Part shown: positions 36,110-50,640 of the stretch, piece by piece
How positions within the stretch are numbered: the first letter of the stretch is position 1
Layout: every line of letters starts with the position of its first letter
DNA from: Mobula hypostoma
Lineage: Eukaryota
DNA length: 64,000 bases
Direction: 5' to 3'
Assembly (NCBI RefSeq): GCF_963921235.1
Contig: NC_086100.1
Coordinates: forward strand, 63,488,001-63,552,000
Notes under the pieces: model-generated
Databases searched by the model: none
What the model was told of the DNA's origin: nothing
The model's input: the letters and a program-made list of their open reading frames with translations, nothing else
Position numbers and translations under genes: made by a program

Positions 36110-38620
36110 TGCTTTCAGGCCACTGTCTCCCTAGCCATCACTAATCTCATCAACTCTGGAGATCTCCCATTGACTGCCAACAAACGCATAGTTCTCTTAC
36201 CATGCACTGCTCATTTCTACCCCCTACCCAGGATCCACAAACCTGACTGTCCGGATAGGCCCATTGTCTCAGCTTGCTCCTACCTCACCTCAACTCCATT
36301 CTATCCACCTTGGTTCAGTCTAATCCAATCCACATCCGTGATACTTCACATGATCTCATCAGCAACTTTCAATTCCCTGTCCTGATCACCTCAGTTTTAC
36401 CATAGATATCCAGTTCCTATGCACTTCTATTCTCCATCAAGATGGCCTTAAAGCCCCATGCTGCTTTCTCAACAAAAGACCAAACAAGTACCCCTCCACC
36501 AGCACCATCCTCTGTCTGGCAGAACTGGTCCTCACCCTCAACAATTTCTCCTTTGGTTCCTCCCACTTTCTCCAAACTCAAGAGGTAGCCATGGGCACTT
36601 GCATGTACCCCAGCTATGCCTGCCTCTTTGTTGGCTATGTGGAACAGTCCATATTTCAAGCATTTTCTGGTAATGTTCCTAAAATCTTGCTGTGTTACAG
36701 TTACGACTGCATTGGTGATGCTTCATGCACCCTTGCTGAGCTCTTCAATTTCATCAGCTTTGCTTCCAATTTCCACCCTACCCTTAAATTCACTTGGTCC
36801 ATTTCTGACATCTCTCTCCCTTTTCTTGATCTCTCTGTCTCGATTTCTAGAGACCAATTGTCCAGCAATATCGTTTTTAAACTGACCCATCGATTCCCAC
36901 AGCGATCTTGACTATACTTCTTCCCACCCTGTATTCTGTAAAAATCCTATTTCATTTTCTCAGTTCCTTTTGTTTCCATTGCATCTGTTCCCAGGATGAG
37001 GGTTTCCATTCCAGGACATCTTTCAAAGAATGGGGTTGCCCTTCCTCCACCATTGATTCAATGCTCACCCACATCTTCTTCATTTGTGGGAGATCTTGTT
37101 CATCCCATCTTCCCACCGCTTTAACAGGATAGAGTTTATCTTGTCCTCACCCTCCACCCCATGAGCATCTGCATCCAACATGATCCTCCACAACTTCTGA
37201 CGTCTTCAATGGGGTTCTATCACCAAACGTATCTTTACACCACCCCATCCCACCCCCACAACTCTTTTCTCTCCACTGGGATCGCTTCCTCCATGATTCC
37301 TTTGTCCATTCTGGCCTCCTCACTAATCTCTCTTCTGGCATGCTTCCCTGTAAGCTCCCTCCATGCTCACCTGCCCATTCACCTCCTCCCTCACATCCAT
37401 TCAAGGCCTCAAACAGTCCTTTCAGGTGAGGCAACACTTCACCTGTGAATCTAGTATTGTATCTAGTGTTCCCAATGTGGCCTTCTCTACACTGGTGAGA
37501 CCCAATGTACATTTGGAGACCTCTTTGTTGAGCACCTCTGGTTCATCTGCTAAAAGTGGACGCTCTTGCTTAAATGGAAGGACGTTGTTCCACTTACTCA
37601 CGCTCAATGGTTACGTGATGTTATGTCATGTTTAAATTTAGAAAAGATCCGTTGTTCAATTTCTGAATCTAGCCAAGACTTTCACACATTGTGGGGACCG
37701 TTTTTGAACTATTTTCAAAATCTTTGATTTGTTGTTAAAGTACAGATGTTGACTAATAGCATATTTCACTAAATGATAAGGATTTTTTTCTTCTTTCTTT
37801 CTTTACCAAGCAGCTTCAGTCTTGGTATAGTGGGTTAAGATTTTTTTTCTGTATAATAATAAAATCATCATATTTCAATATTATGATTAAATTAACTTAC
37901 ATGAACATAGAGTAATGAGGTTGCAAGTGTGATTCAAATATATGTTGGTATGATTTTATCTTTTTTTGACTTATAATATCTACTTCTCGCACTCTGTATT
38001 CTTTATGTAGAAATTAATAATAATAAAAATATCAAAATATTGAAAACGAGTAAGTGGAATTTCCCAGTGACTAGCCATTTTAATTCCTATCCCCATTCCC
38101 ATTCTGATATGTCAGTCCATGGCCTCCTCTTTGCCATGATGAAGCTGCTCTCAGCATGGGGAAGCAACACCTCATAGCCTCATATTCTGTCTGGCTAGCC
38201 TCCAATCTGATAGCATGAACTTTGATTTCTCCTTCTGGTAAACTTTTCCCTCCCCCTTCCCTCTTCTATTTCCCACTCTGGCCTCTTAGTTCTTCTCCTC
38301 ACCTGCCTATCAATTCCCCTGGTGCTCCTCCTTCTTTCCTTTCTCCCATGGTTCACTCTCCTCTCCTATCCTATTCTCCTCCAGCCCTTTTCCTTTTTCA
38401 CCTATCACCTCCCAGATTCTTACTTCATCTCCCCTCCCCCAGCTACCTGGCTTCATCGATCACCTTCTAGCTTGTACTCCTTTCCCCCCCCCCCCCATCT
38501 AATTTTTTATTCTGGCTTCCTCCCCCTTCGTTTCCAATCCTGATGAAGGGTCTTTGCCCAAAACATCGACTATTGATTCATTTCCACAGATACTGCATTT
38601 TGTGTGTGTTGCTCTTTTTT
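36110..38620 (+). mobile_element. Penelope-like element (RT + GIY-YIG remnant + pseudo-LTR), split by L1
   Basis: FYPLPRIHKPDCPDRPIVSACS, VAMGTCMYPSYACLFVGYVEQ, LPFLDL, QVRQHFTCES; degenerate hammerhead at ~38537-38571. Confidence 0.88.
37561..38051 (+). mobile_element. L1-type LINE 3' end
   Basis: LLLKWKDVVPLTHAQWLRDVMSCLNLEKIR...LWGPFLNYFQNL* (fish L1 ORF2 C-terminus pattern); AT-rich 3' UTR with aataaa; TSD aagtgga at 37554-37560 and 38052-38058. Confidence 0.82.
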
Positions 38621-39699
38621 TCTCTTCTACCAGACTTGCTGCTGTCAATGGTAAATATTCATTTGACAAAATGTTTAGGCATGAATGAATTTCTGGAGAT
38701 TAAAAAATCAGCACTTCATCGAAATTGATGAGGAGAGGTTAAATAATGCAAGCATTTTAATCATATTTGGACAAGGCATGCTGAAAGAGTGTAACAAGTG
38801 CACGTGAAGAGATATCTGTACCTGAAAAATATTAGGCAGCACTATTGTATGATCATTATGTAACTATTTGTCAATGTTCTTACTGGAGAAAAGGTAACAA
38901 ATCAATGATAATGATAAGATCAGAGTTCAGCATAATATCGCTGTGTTACATGCTTCAGAATCTCCATGTTGAAAAATATCAGGATGTTATAAAGGAAGGC
39001 TGTAATTGCCTGTTCAGATCTATGCTGGTCTATACCCAGCTAATAATGTGTAATGCACACCTGGAGTACAATCCATAGCTACGTTTAATAGAAATATTTA
39101 TACAATCACTATTTGACTCAGTGTGTTTGTGTTGGTTATAACAACCAATGGTACAAATGAAAGAACAACTGTGGGAACATAATCATGATTAAAATCTCCC
39201 TGCTGAAGAGAGCAGCATTTAAGAAATAGTTCAAAAAAACAATTTATTCAGTGATCTCTTTGCATTTTAACTTTATTGAATTATGTGCTCTTAACTGACA
39301 AAGCCAAAATTCTCCATGCACTACAAAACCCACTGTATTTGTCGGAAGACAAGATGTTGATTATGCTTAGTATGCATTCTTCATTTATTAAATATTTCCA
39401 TTAGATAGATACAATGCCCAATAATTTCCATGCTAATGCAATAATTACGTTGCATAAGGCTTTTACTTACAGAGGAAGCTTTCTGCTTCATCTTTTGTGG
39501 AGAATTATTAAAGTCAAAGTATATTAAAGTTGTCACTTTCAGTAAAAGTGGACACTAACTTGAGTATTTTATTATAGTGATATCCACATATTGAAGACTG
39601 AGAAATGTAGATCTTTAGAACACTCTGCTCTAGAGGATTAATTCAAATTAATTACAGCTGGATGGGATGATGGCTTACCTTCTGTAATGGTTTTAAGGA

Positions 39700-40010
39700 C
39701 TGCATAATAACAAGATATAGACATTTTAAAAAGGGAAAATGTACATTCGTGATAAATATCTTGACAATGAAAGAGCGCAGAAAGACTATCTTCACAATAT
39801 CTTAATTGGATCTTTGAATAGTTAAAATAGTTACCTCCTAGTTGAGGGGATATAAGAAACTAGTTGAACATAATTGGGGAGATAGCAACATACTTAAACA
39901 AGGCAGTTTTGATCTGGCGAAGGAGGCATAGAGCAACCTGGTTGGCATGGATAAATTGGGCTGAAGGGTTTATTTCCATGAATTTGTATTTTATGACTCT
40001 ATGACTCTAA
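39700..40010 (+). mobile_element. old CR1 3' end
   Basis: ttgggctgaaggg...tatgactctatgactcta tail. Confidence 0.6.
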
Positions 40011-41744
40011 TCCCTCTGGTTCCAGAGTAGGAGAAAGTTGCGCTCAATGTCAATGTCAAAAGAGTGGCCTCAAGAATGTGGGTATGGTCCTGCATGGAAT
40101 TGAATGAATTAACAGTTGTGGTCAAGGTCAATGAAGGTGCCATCAAATCCCATGTCACAGCAACTGTCTCATACATTATTCCATCAATAAATCACCATTG
40201 CTAACCTTCCAACAATGTTTATCTATTATGACTTCTTCCATAACATGTATATCCCTCTGTATATATTTACGAAGACTTGCACCAACATCTCTGTCTTCCA
40301 TATGTTCAACAATGGCATGAGTATCTTGCAAGTGCCTTACCAGTAGACAGTTTGAGGCAAGTGTCTAGAATCAAATCTCTGTTAAACTCTTTATATCTGT
40401 AAGTAGGTCGGCAGCAATGAACAGGCTTTCATCACTTTGTTTCAGCCTACACTTTTATCATTTTCCCACAAACGTATTTGCAGGTTTCCTTTTAGGAGTT
40501 TGGTTAAAAGAATGGTTTGGGAATTTTGGATTGGTAGGTTTATTGAAGCAGTGTTTGTGACTAATATGAGACTTCAGTAACATCTGTTAGAACAAGAGCA
40601 ATGAGTTCTCAGTGGTCTGTAGATGAATGTAGTATTATGCTGTGAAATGGAATGACTAGTCTAGCTTCAGAATGATTGAACTGCATATTCTCTCTAAACG
40701 ATGAAACTTCTGTGGTAATTGTGTTAGAGCATGCTGTACATGAATGTTGATGCTGTTGTTGTATTTTGTTTTTGTAATGGTTTCCTTCCAACTTAATTGT
40801 GATCTCTGAAGGTAGTTTAAATACTTAAAGGTTGGAAATGCAGCACCTTCATCTTTAAGATATTATTAGCTCTCATTTCATGACAAAATGCTTGTTTTGT
40901 CTCCTAAATATGAAGTCATTCAGTGAAAACCATAAAGAGGAAATGTTAAATTGAAATATGGTTATTGTTTAAGAGGTAGTGCTGTTTATAATTTCAGAAT
41001 AATATCCTGTAATAATTATTTTGTTTATTCTTTTCTATATAAATTTCCCTGACACTGTGAGAAAGGTCTCGTGAGACTTAATGGCTACTGTCACTCCATG
41101 ACAATGTCTATGAAGAATGCAGGGAAGTGTGATAATTACTCCTTGTCTGAGAACTAGTTGTGTATTTAATTGTATAAAAAAAGAAATATTGTTCTGTGGC
41201 ATGGAAAGGAAATAAATGTTTTCCTTTCTACGGTAAATATTTATTTAATGTGTTAATTGAAATGGCCAGGTTGGACACCAGGAAACATGCACGATGTCCT
41301 ATGATCTGATTAAGGGTCCAATGACCCTGCTGTACTGTTGACTGTTAATTTCCTTATTGTTACAATACATGTTCCATTGAATGAAACTGACAACGTGAAG
41401 GAGTTCTCTATGAGAGTGCGATCAGTTCTCAAGCCTTAAACTGATTGAAATTAATGCTGTAACAGAAAATAGACTATAAGGATTAAAGATAGTTTTCTGT
41501 TTTTCATTTCATACACAAGACTGGGTATTTTCTTAAAACATTCGGGGTAGAGTACTGAAATATCTTTGTATTGTTTATATAAATATAAAGTGCAGTTAAA
41601 AAGTAACTTACCTGAACTAATTTTCAAACAGGGAAATAAAATTTAAATTCATAGAATTTATTAGTTTCTGCAATTTATTAATTTACATAATTTATATACA
41701 ATTACATGAAAATGTTTTTGTATCAGAAAAAAGGCATGCATAGA

Positions 41745-42165
41745 ATATATTTTATATGACTTCAGCAATGTTTCACAGCACATTTCAGCCAGTGGTGTAG
41801 TTCATGAACTGTGGTCCCTTATTGAAAATTTAATAGTCGGTTTGGTTACTACAAGTTCAGCACATAGTAAAGCAATAATGATAAGATAACCTGATTTCAT
41901 GATGTTTATTGAGGGACCGCAGCAGTCACAACTGGGATTAATTCTCCTGTTACCTTTTAGAGAAGGATGTGTTGACCCGAGAGAGCAGTAGTAGGAATTT
42001 GGTTTAAAGTATTATCTGAAAGATCGGCCTTCTGACATGGCAGGACTATCTCAATGCTGTCCTAGTGTGTCAGTCTGCTATTCTTCATCTTGATATCTCA
42101 GCAGTGGAACCTGGGCCCACACTCTTCTGACTCAGAAACTTGAGTGTTAATGTATGAGCGATAGT
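41745..42165 (-). mobile_element. ancient Deu-domain SINE (SacSINE1/AmnSINE-like)
   Basis: ggtttaaagtattatctgaaagatcggccttctgacatggcaggactatctcaatgctg...gtgtcag...cttctgactcaga resembles the reverse complement of the Deu core and tRNA head. Confidence 0.65.
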
Positions 42166-45100
42166 GGACAGCTGTTGCTTAATGTGCAGCAGATATAACA
42201 TTCTGTTTTAAAAACTATGGCTTAAATAGTGAAAAGCTCCAAAAAGAAAAAAATATATGTGTGGTAATCCAAACAGTTGATGTGAGTTCTTGTCAATGTT
42301 GTTTGGTTTTCTACGTTGCTTATTCGTTATTCGCGCACATGGATGCTCTTAATTTCCACATATCCAACCACAGCGAGGCCTTGCGGATCTTTGCTTGGTA
42401 CTTCACTTACTACAAGTGAAATCGGTGGCAAAAAGGTGTGAACATTTATTTTCCAGAATAACTGATAATTTCTGCATGCCGATCGAATCTTGAGATATGT
42501 AATATTAATAGGAAACAATGTTAATGAAAAAAGACCTGTCGTTGAGTAGAAGAAAGCCTAAGTTGAGTAGTTGCCAATACATTAGCATCTGGGAAGCTGT
42601 GGTCAAATGAGCAGATTTTTTTTTATGAATGAAGAGCTTATTTGGAGGGAAAACAATCTGACTTCCAGAAATGACCAACAGCAGAAACACGTCTTTGGCA
42701 CAGAAGTTTCAATAATTCTTTTGTGTATATGTGTTGTCTTTTTGACTTGGCAGCATAGTAAAATGGATTTTCAATAATTAAGAACAGAATGTGGTTAATT
42801 TATGCAGAACAATAAACTAAAATTTATTAAGTCCATTTTCAGGAATTGAGGAATCTCGAAATTTGATGCTCTAGGGTTGATTTATTTGATATTGAATGGT
42901 TTATCACTGAGTAAAACAGAGTTTATTAAGGTTTATAGATTAGTTATCACTCTTATTTAACAAGTAAGGATTAAGCCAAAAGCAATCTGAATTGTATGGA
43001 ATGTTAATAATTCGTTTTGTTACTCAAATCCGACAAAATCTTTTTCAACTCTGAAACAATGCCAAGTTTTTATGCAGCTAAATTTCCAAAATTTCCTTTT
43101 TTTTGGTATGCTGAGCTAACTGTTAAATCATCCAACTCAGAGCACTTACAGAAAATTAGAGTAATTGGATTATTGAACAATCGATCCAAATAAACCACTA
43201 TTACAATTAATTAGCTATCTAAATTATGAGTGTCCAATCAACCCAGTTGGCTTTTAATTGGATTTACTGCTTTATTTATAATAATGACACAGGACATGAA
43301 CTTTGGTCAGGCATTTACATTTCCTTTGAATGTATCGTCTACTGTAAATAGACATCCAATGTAAGTGAGTCCACTTCCTTGAGGTTATTTGCTGATTGGA
43401 CATGGTCATTTTAGTCATTCAGAATCAGTGATATCAGCCATCTCATAGAACAAGCAGGGGGCTGTTAATGTCAAAACATTTAGGTAATTTACTTCCTGTG
43501 CTGAAATTGCTGCTTGTGTTTATGCACTCTACTCAGAGTGGATTGGAATAATTGTGGGAAGGGGCTTGGGATGTGGCAGTAACTGGTGACATGTGTTGCA
43601 GCATATTGGGAAGCACAAATAAATGGATGTATTTCCTGGCAAATGTACAGAAGTATGTCTTATTCATAGTGACAGGAAATGGACCATTCATTAGAAACAA
43701 TGGGAGAAAATTTAATGGAAGAATTTCAAGTTGCATTTGTCCTAAAATGGAAACAAAGTAATTCTTAGATTTCAGAGACTTGATAAATGCTTTTCTACAG
43801 GATGCTGAATTAGAACTCAGATTGTGTAAGTGACTAGTTCCCAAAAAGTGGACGCAACTGTATTTGATGGAAATACAAAACATAGGAAAAACAATGAAAA
43901 ATACACAGGTTATAAAACTTTAACAGCAATTTGGCCTTTGTCTATTTAAAAACATGTGCTTCTGGGATTCTTGTAGGAGAATGAACAATGATCCTTTTAC
44001 TTCAGTAATTCCAGGATTTATTTTCAAATTATTGAAGTATATTTGGAGAATGAGCTTGGTTGAGCTCCAAGAACCAGACCTCAGCTGTAAAGAAAATCAA
44101 CACAACAGAGGAATGACACTCTTAGAATTAGAACAAGCTGTTTTAGCAATTTTAGAAAGCATTGATTCTTGTGATTCTATGAGAACATATCAGATTACAG
44201 AGAGAGAGAGTTAGAGACAGAAAATAAGGCAAGAAGAAATTTGCTGAGATCCCTTGTAATGATTTCCATTCCACCATTTTCTAGAGAGTAGATTTGTTAT
44301 TTCTAAATTTCCTTGTCAATGTCCCAAAATACTTTGAGAATTCTGCCTGCAATACCCTTGGAAAGTCTCAGTGATCATTCGCAGGCCAATGAATGATAAC
44401 AGTTTTTCTTGAGTTTCACAAAGCATGAAAATCCTACTGAGATATAGCCTGAGTTGCCCTTGCATGCTCCTACTCAGATGATCTGGATTCGGAGAGATAA
44501 TATTGCTGGCTGTGCTCAGGTTCAAGTTGAACAGTGATGAAAGGACCCGAGGTGTGACCACTAGGGAACCCAGTTTCACTGCTGGCCTCTATGTGGTGTA
44601 CAGCAGTTGAGCACAGTGACTCATGCAATACCACCTCTCTTTAACTATGCCTCAGACTTGCAGGCTTGAAAGCATATTTGCAGAAGCCCAGGACTATTTG
44701 AAATTAAAATGGCTGAATTTTATGAGCTGCAGTGTGGTTATCTTAAAACTGTAATTTGGGATTTTGCCTGAGCCCCTTTGCTTAGTTGTAATTGGAAGGC
44801 AATGTGTAACTTGATCCAGTTGATATCCAAGGAGGGTGGTGGTAACACCAGAAACATGCCTAGCTCTTTATTCAAGTCAGCCTTAAAAAAAATTGCCTTT
44901 GTAAATTGTGACTACCTTTCAGATTTATTTAATGGTACCTACCAACCTGGTTTTCCGGTTGAAATAAATGCCAGCCACCTTTAAAAAGTAATGATTCGCT
45001 GGGGATCAAAGAGATGCAAAACCACTTAATTTGTTTATTTAAATGCTCAATAATCATTTGAGAAATGAACATTTACAACCATTCTTTTAACTTGTCCACA

Positions 45101-45266
45101 TAATGAACGAGATATATGAGTAATGCTTTTGTTCTCTGCTGCTGACGAAGTTATGGGGACATTCATGTGCCTAATAAATGGATAGGTAGCTGAATTTCTC
45201 AGTTGCAGTTCCTGTGACATTGCAATTATAAACTACAGTTTTTATTTAAGTTCTAATGATGCAATA

Positions 45267-45343
45267 ATTATTTTGCTCTACAAATTAATAGTGATTATTC
45301 TGCTCTACAAATTAATTGTGATTTTTTGTACAAATTAATAGTG
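45267..45343. repeat. short tandem repeat, ~27-bp unit, ~3 copies
   Basis: attattttgctctacaaattaatagtg / attattctgctctacaaattaattgtg / attttttgtacaaattaatagtg. Confidence 0.85.
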
Positions 45344-45692
45344 ATAAGGAGCAAATAAAGACAATCCTGATACTACAAATGAATTCTTATCTTGCACATT
45401 CTCATTTCTCCTTTGTGTAGTTTAGCTCCTTCAAATTATTTAAAGTTCAGGTGGCACAGCATAGTATAGTACATTTTTAGATTAGTTTTCCTGTGAGCTC
45501 CCTTGAGTTTGTTACCCTCCTGACTAAAGAAAATAGCTTGGATAAACTGGTTTTGGGAAGAATGCTTGTCTTCTCTGTCATTTTCCTGCATAACAGCTAT
45601 TTTCACCAGAAGTACTTCACATGTGAATGAAAACAAACAGTTGTGAGTTTCATGCTCTTCAAGACAAACCTAATGCCAAAGCAAACTGAATA

Positions 45693-46611
45693 CAGGTTGA
45701 AATTCCAAAATCCGAAAACATCTGAAATTAATTTTTTTTGAGCGCTGACATGACGTCACAAATGGAAAATTCCACAAGGCGCTGGGAAGGTTCCCAGTGG
45801 ATGTGCAGGTCTCTACACACCACAGACAGTTCTGAGAAGTGACCTCACATATGTAATAGCAGAAGTTAATGCAAAATAGAAAAACACTACATAAAGGGAG
45901 AAATGAAGATTGTGATTGTGTATTGAAAGAGGAGATTTGTCAGTGTCAGAGTGAACATATACTGTTTAACGGTATGATGATCATGAAGCAAGCAAAGATC
46001 TATCTCGACAAACTGAAAACTGAAGGTAATTGTGAATATTCAGCAGGGAGGTTGCGGAAACTTCAAAAAAAAGGCACAGCATTAAATTTTTAAAGATTTA
46101 AAAAAGTTTAAAGATGAAGTGCCTGCTGATCACAAAGCAGCAGAGAAATTCACTGAAGAGTTTGCAACCATTGTAGCTGATGAAAATCTAACATCAGAAC
46201 AAGTCTACATGGTGATTATTTTTATACTTTACATAAAACCTAAAAAATGTAAAATACAAATATAGTGTACTGTAAATTTTTAATCAAAATGCAGTATCGT
46301 AGGTGGAGACTGAAAGCCTGCCATTGTTTGTTGGTGTTCAACAGCTGATTCAGGTATTCTCCGGATACTATTGTGCTGCTTTTGTTACCCTGCACACATT
46401 ATATTGTCATTATGTTAATGGTATGTAATAATTCTTACTGTTAAGCACACATACGTGATGAACAAGAGCAAGACAAAGAAGGTAGCACATAAGCTCAGTC
46501 GGAAATGATGGAGATCCCAAGCTACTTCATTATATATTGCAAAATCAGAAAAAATCCAAAATCCAAAACACTTCCAACTCCAAGCATTTTGGCTAAGGGG
46601 TACTCAACCTG
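45693..46611 (+). mobile_element. Tigger/Jerky-like pogo transposon deletion derivative
   Basis: Termini caggttga / tcaacctg with TA TSDs; CENP-B HTH remnant GMMIMKQAKIY..CEYSAGRLRK and ENLTSEQVY. Confidence 0.85.
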
Positions 46612-47361
46612 TAATGTGGGCGGATTAAGCAAATTGCTTAGACAAATAACAATGAGATTTAAATGGAGCACTGAAAAGATTAACTACCAAAGGGGATAGA
46701 TTTCCACCATAAAATTTAGGTGATTGTTTGATTTCCAGTTACTACAGGTCACTTTGAATCATTGGATATTTAGAGTTCTGTAACTTGCACTTCATCTTTC
46801 ATTTTGGAGAGGGATTTTCAATAATATGACAGTGTGGCCTTATTGATCAATGAATCAATACCTTTTAATAATTTTATGTCTTATAAGCAATTCATTTGTG
46901 GCTGAAAGGGATCACTACAATTAAATTAAAATGCTACTATTACAGGAACGATTTTCCAAAAACAAACTGAATATCAGGCACACTTGAGAATTTAATTTTC
47001 GTCTTTTTTAGAGATCGAGACAACTTATCTCTCAGTTTGCACAAGCAAAAATTGCGTTAAATTTGAAAGTCCTTGTGTGTAAATCGATGCTTCAGAAGAG
47101 GAAAAAGAAAACATAGAGTGAGAAGGTAAAAGAGAAGGAATGACAGATGAATGAATACACAATTGAAAACTATGGTTTTAGGAAACGTTTGTTAAATTGT
47201 AAGAGATGGAGATTTCCAGAGCATGATATTTGGAAAAAAGCATCTGTCAAGAGCTAGGTTTGAGGAAAGTAAAATATTTGAAGATTGGGAAGTAGATGCA
47301 ATAGTCAAAGACGAAAATTTAGGGCAAGGTCACTGGAGAAAATGGAATGATAAAATGTAGT

Positions 47362-48153
47362 GCAACACACATAAAAATTGCTGGTGAACGCAGCAGGCCA
47401 GGCAGCATCTCTAGGTAGAGGTACAGTTGGCGTTTCGGGCCAAGACCCTTCGTCAGGACTAACTGAAAGAAGAGCTAGTAAGAGATTTGAAAGTGGGGGG
47501 GGGGGGAGATCCAAAATGATAGGAGAAGACAGGAGGGGGAGGGATGGAGCCAAGAGCTGGACAGGTGATTGGCAAAAGGGATATGAGGGGATCATGGAAC
47601 AGGAGGCCCAGGGAGAAAGAAAAGGGGGAGGGAGGAAAAAGACCAGAGGATGGGCAAGGGGTATAGTGAGAGGGACAGAGGGAGATAAAGGAGAGAGGGA
47701 AAAAGAATAATGGATGGGGTACGAGGGGGAGGTAGGGCATTAGCGAAGGTTTGAGAAGTCAATGTTCATGCCATCAGGTTGGAGGCTACCCAGACAGAAT
47801 CTAAGGTGTTGTTCCTCCAACCTGAGTGTGGCTTCATCTTTACAGTAGAGGAGGCCGTGGATAGATATATCAGAATGGGAATGGGACGTGGAATTAAAAT
47901 ATGTAGCCACTGGGAGATCCTGCTTTCTCTGGTGGACAGAGCGTAGGTGTTCAGTGAAACGATCTCCCAGTCTGCGTCAGGTCTTGCAAATATATAGAAG
48001 GCCATGTCGGGAGCATCGAACTCAGTATATCACCCCAGCCGACACACAGGTGAAGTGTCGCCTCACCTGGAAGGACTGTCTGGGGCCCTGAATGGTGGTG
48101 AGGGAGGAAGTGTAAGGGCATGTGTAGCACTTGTTCCGCTTAGAAGGATAAGT
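47362..48153 (-). mobile_element. Penelope-like 3' fragment with 16-bp TSD
   Basis: Same family as 10793; TSD aatgataaaatgtagt at 47346-47361 and 48170-48185. Confidence 0.88.
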
Positions 48154-49729
48154 ATAAAATGTAGTATAAAATGATAAAATGTAGTATTTGATACTTTTGA
48201 TAGTCCACAGTACTAAAAGTCAAAACTTAATTTTTAATTATAGATTACTGAGAAAGTATTTTTAAGGTGTATAACTGAAATTGTTAATAAAAACAAATAA
48301 TTAAATTCCCATTTAATACACTTGTTTTTGTGCCTTTCATGGGATTGTTATAAATCAGAAACTTCAATAAAAATAGCAATAATTATGAGTGAATATAGAT
48401 GTTATCATAATGCACTAAAACACTGAAGGTAGTGCATTGATCTTGATATTAATTCAACACTTTTAAAATTAGAAGTTAAAATATGTTGGATGGTGAATGG
48501 TTTTATTTTAAATTTTAATTTGTATTTTGTGCTATGCCTTTAAAAGCAAAGGTTCCGCATGTTGGTCTTCAACCCATGTTTAAATTACCTTGTGTTAAAT
48601 CAAAGCAAACAAGGAAACTGCTTTGAAAGATCAGACTGAATAGAAAATGGTATATATGTTTATGTGAGATAAATAAAATCTCTATTTCATTTAATCCCCC
48701 GAAAAATTAATTAAGTGTCACCTGTCTTGCCTAGTATGAGGATTGTTAGTGTGATTAGAAATACATTAATCTTAATAATGATTTATTTTGTATTTCCAGC
48801 TGCCTAGATAACCCAATTATGAGTTCAAGGTGTGCTCACGCTATCTCTCATTATTTTGTTTTACAAAGTTTCAGCCAGAATAAGATGCAAAGCTGTGGGG
48901 CGCCTCATTAAATGTAAATCTCTGGTCAGCCTATAGCATGAGATTAGTTGCATCAATTTAAAGCTCAACTATTAACTGAAGAATCAAATGAGATGCTTAA
49001 AAAATACCAAGTCTGGCTAACAAATAGCTTAATTCATTTCAGAGCTACCTTTGCTAATTAAGGCATTCAAACAGTGTACAACTTGAATGGGTCTAATTTA
49101 TTTCCTGCTCAAGTTAATCGAATGTATTTCCATGAATAAATGGAATTCAGCAACTGATTTGTTGTTAATATAATTGAACATTTGACACCATTCAGAAAAA
49201 GATATAAAAATGTATAAATAAATTATCATATCTGTTTCAATTGCTAAGAAATTTAGTTTCAGAAAAAAATATGCAAAATACATTAAAAGATAGAGGAACT
49301 GGAAATAATTTGATTGGCTTGCTTTAATCACTTTGGAAATGGTAAATAAGAATACAATTTAGAAAGTAAATATAGCGATTTGAGCAGGTAAATATAGATA
49401 CGTAGCTTACGGAATTAATCCAACAGGAATAATTAAAAAATAATTTGAAGGAACATTGATTAGTTAGCAGAAGGGACTGTATTATGGTATCATGAAGTGA
49501 TACTTAGATGGCACACTTACACCCATGAGACAGTGCAACTGAATTAGCTTCTATTTCATTGCCTTGTTATTGATCTAAAGCAGCATAATTGCTAATCAGT
49601 TTTATCATCAGATCTCTCAGTTGACTACTAATTAACCCATGAAAGCTGAAAGTGGCCAAGTGCATTCCCTGCTGGCTTGGAATGACTTGTAAATTATTTT
49701 AGATTGAGGACTGTACCCTTTTTAACATT

Positions 49730-50640
49730 ACAGACAATAGACAATAGACAATAGACAATAGGTGCAGGAGTAGGCCATTCGGCCCTTCGAGCCAGCACCA
49801 CCATTCACTGTGATCATGGCTGATCATCCACAATCAGTATCCAGTTCCTGCCTTATCCCCATAACCTTTGATCCCACTATCTTTAAGAGCTCTATCCTTC
49901 TCTTTCTTGAAAGCATCCAGAGACTTGGCCTCCACAGCCTTCTGGGGCAGAGCATTCCATATATCCACCACTCTCTGGGTGAAAAAGTTTTTCATCAACT
50001 CCATTCTAAATGGCCTACCCCTTATTCTTAAACTGTGGCCTCTGGTTCTGGACTCACCCATCAGCAGGAACATGCTTCCTGCCTCCAGCGTGTCCAATCT
50101 CTTAATAATCTTATATGTTTCAATAAGATCCCCTCTCAGCCTTTTAAATTCCGGAGTATACAAGCCCAGTTGCTCCAATCTTTCGACATATGACAGTCCC
50201 GCCATCCCGGGAATTAACCTTGTGAACCTACGCTGCACTCCCTTAATAGCAAGAATGTCCTTCCTCAAATTTGGAGACCAAAACTGTACACAGTACTCCA
50301 GGTGTGGTCTCACCAGGGCCCTGTACAGCTGCAGAAGGACCTCTTTGCTCTTATACTCAATTTCCCTTGTTATGAAGGCCAGCATGCCATTAGCTTTCTT
50401 CCCTGCCTGCTGTACTTGCATGCTTGCTTTTAGTGACTGATGTTGTACTTCCCCTTTTCCTAACTTGACTCCATTTAGATAATAATCTGCCTTCCTGTTC
50501 TTACCACCAAAGTGGATAACCTCACATTTATCCACATTAAACTGCATCGGCCATGCATCTGCCCACTCACCCAACCCGTCCAAGTCACCCTGCATTTTCA
50601 TAACATCCTCCTCACATTTCACACTGCCGCCCAGCTTTGT
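49730..50640 (-). mobile_element. CR1-type LINE 3' fragment (young)
   Basis: 262-aa ORF 49834..50622 (WPMQFNVDKCEVIHFG...LYRALVRPHLEYCVQFWSP); (acaatag)n tail. Confidence 0.93.

Noticed and set aside
43954-44214. 86-aa ORF in unique DNA
   Set aside because: No recognisable homology or convincing splice-site pair; the length is compatible with chance.
45267-45343. CRISPR-like or regulatory repeat array
   Set aside because: Head-to-tail 27-bp units without spacers in eukaryotic DNA; an ordinary tandem duplication.
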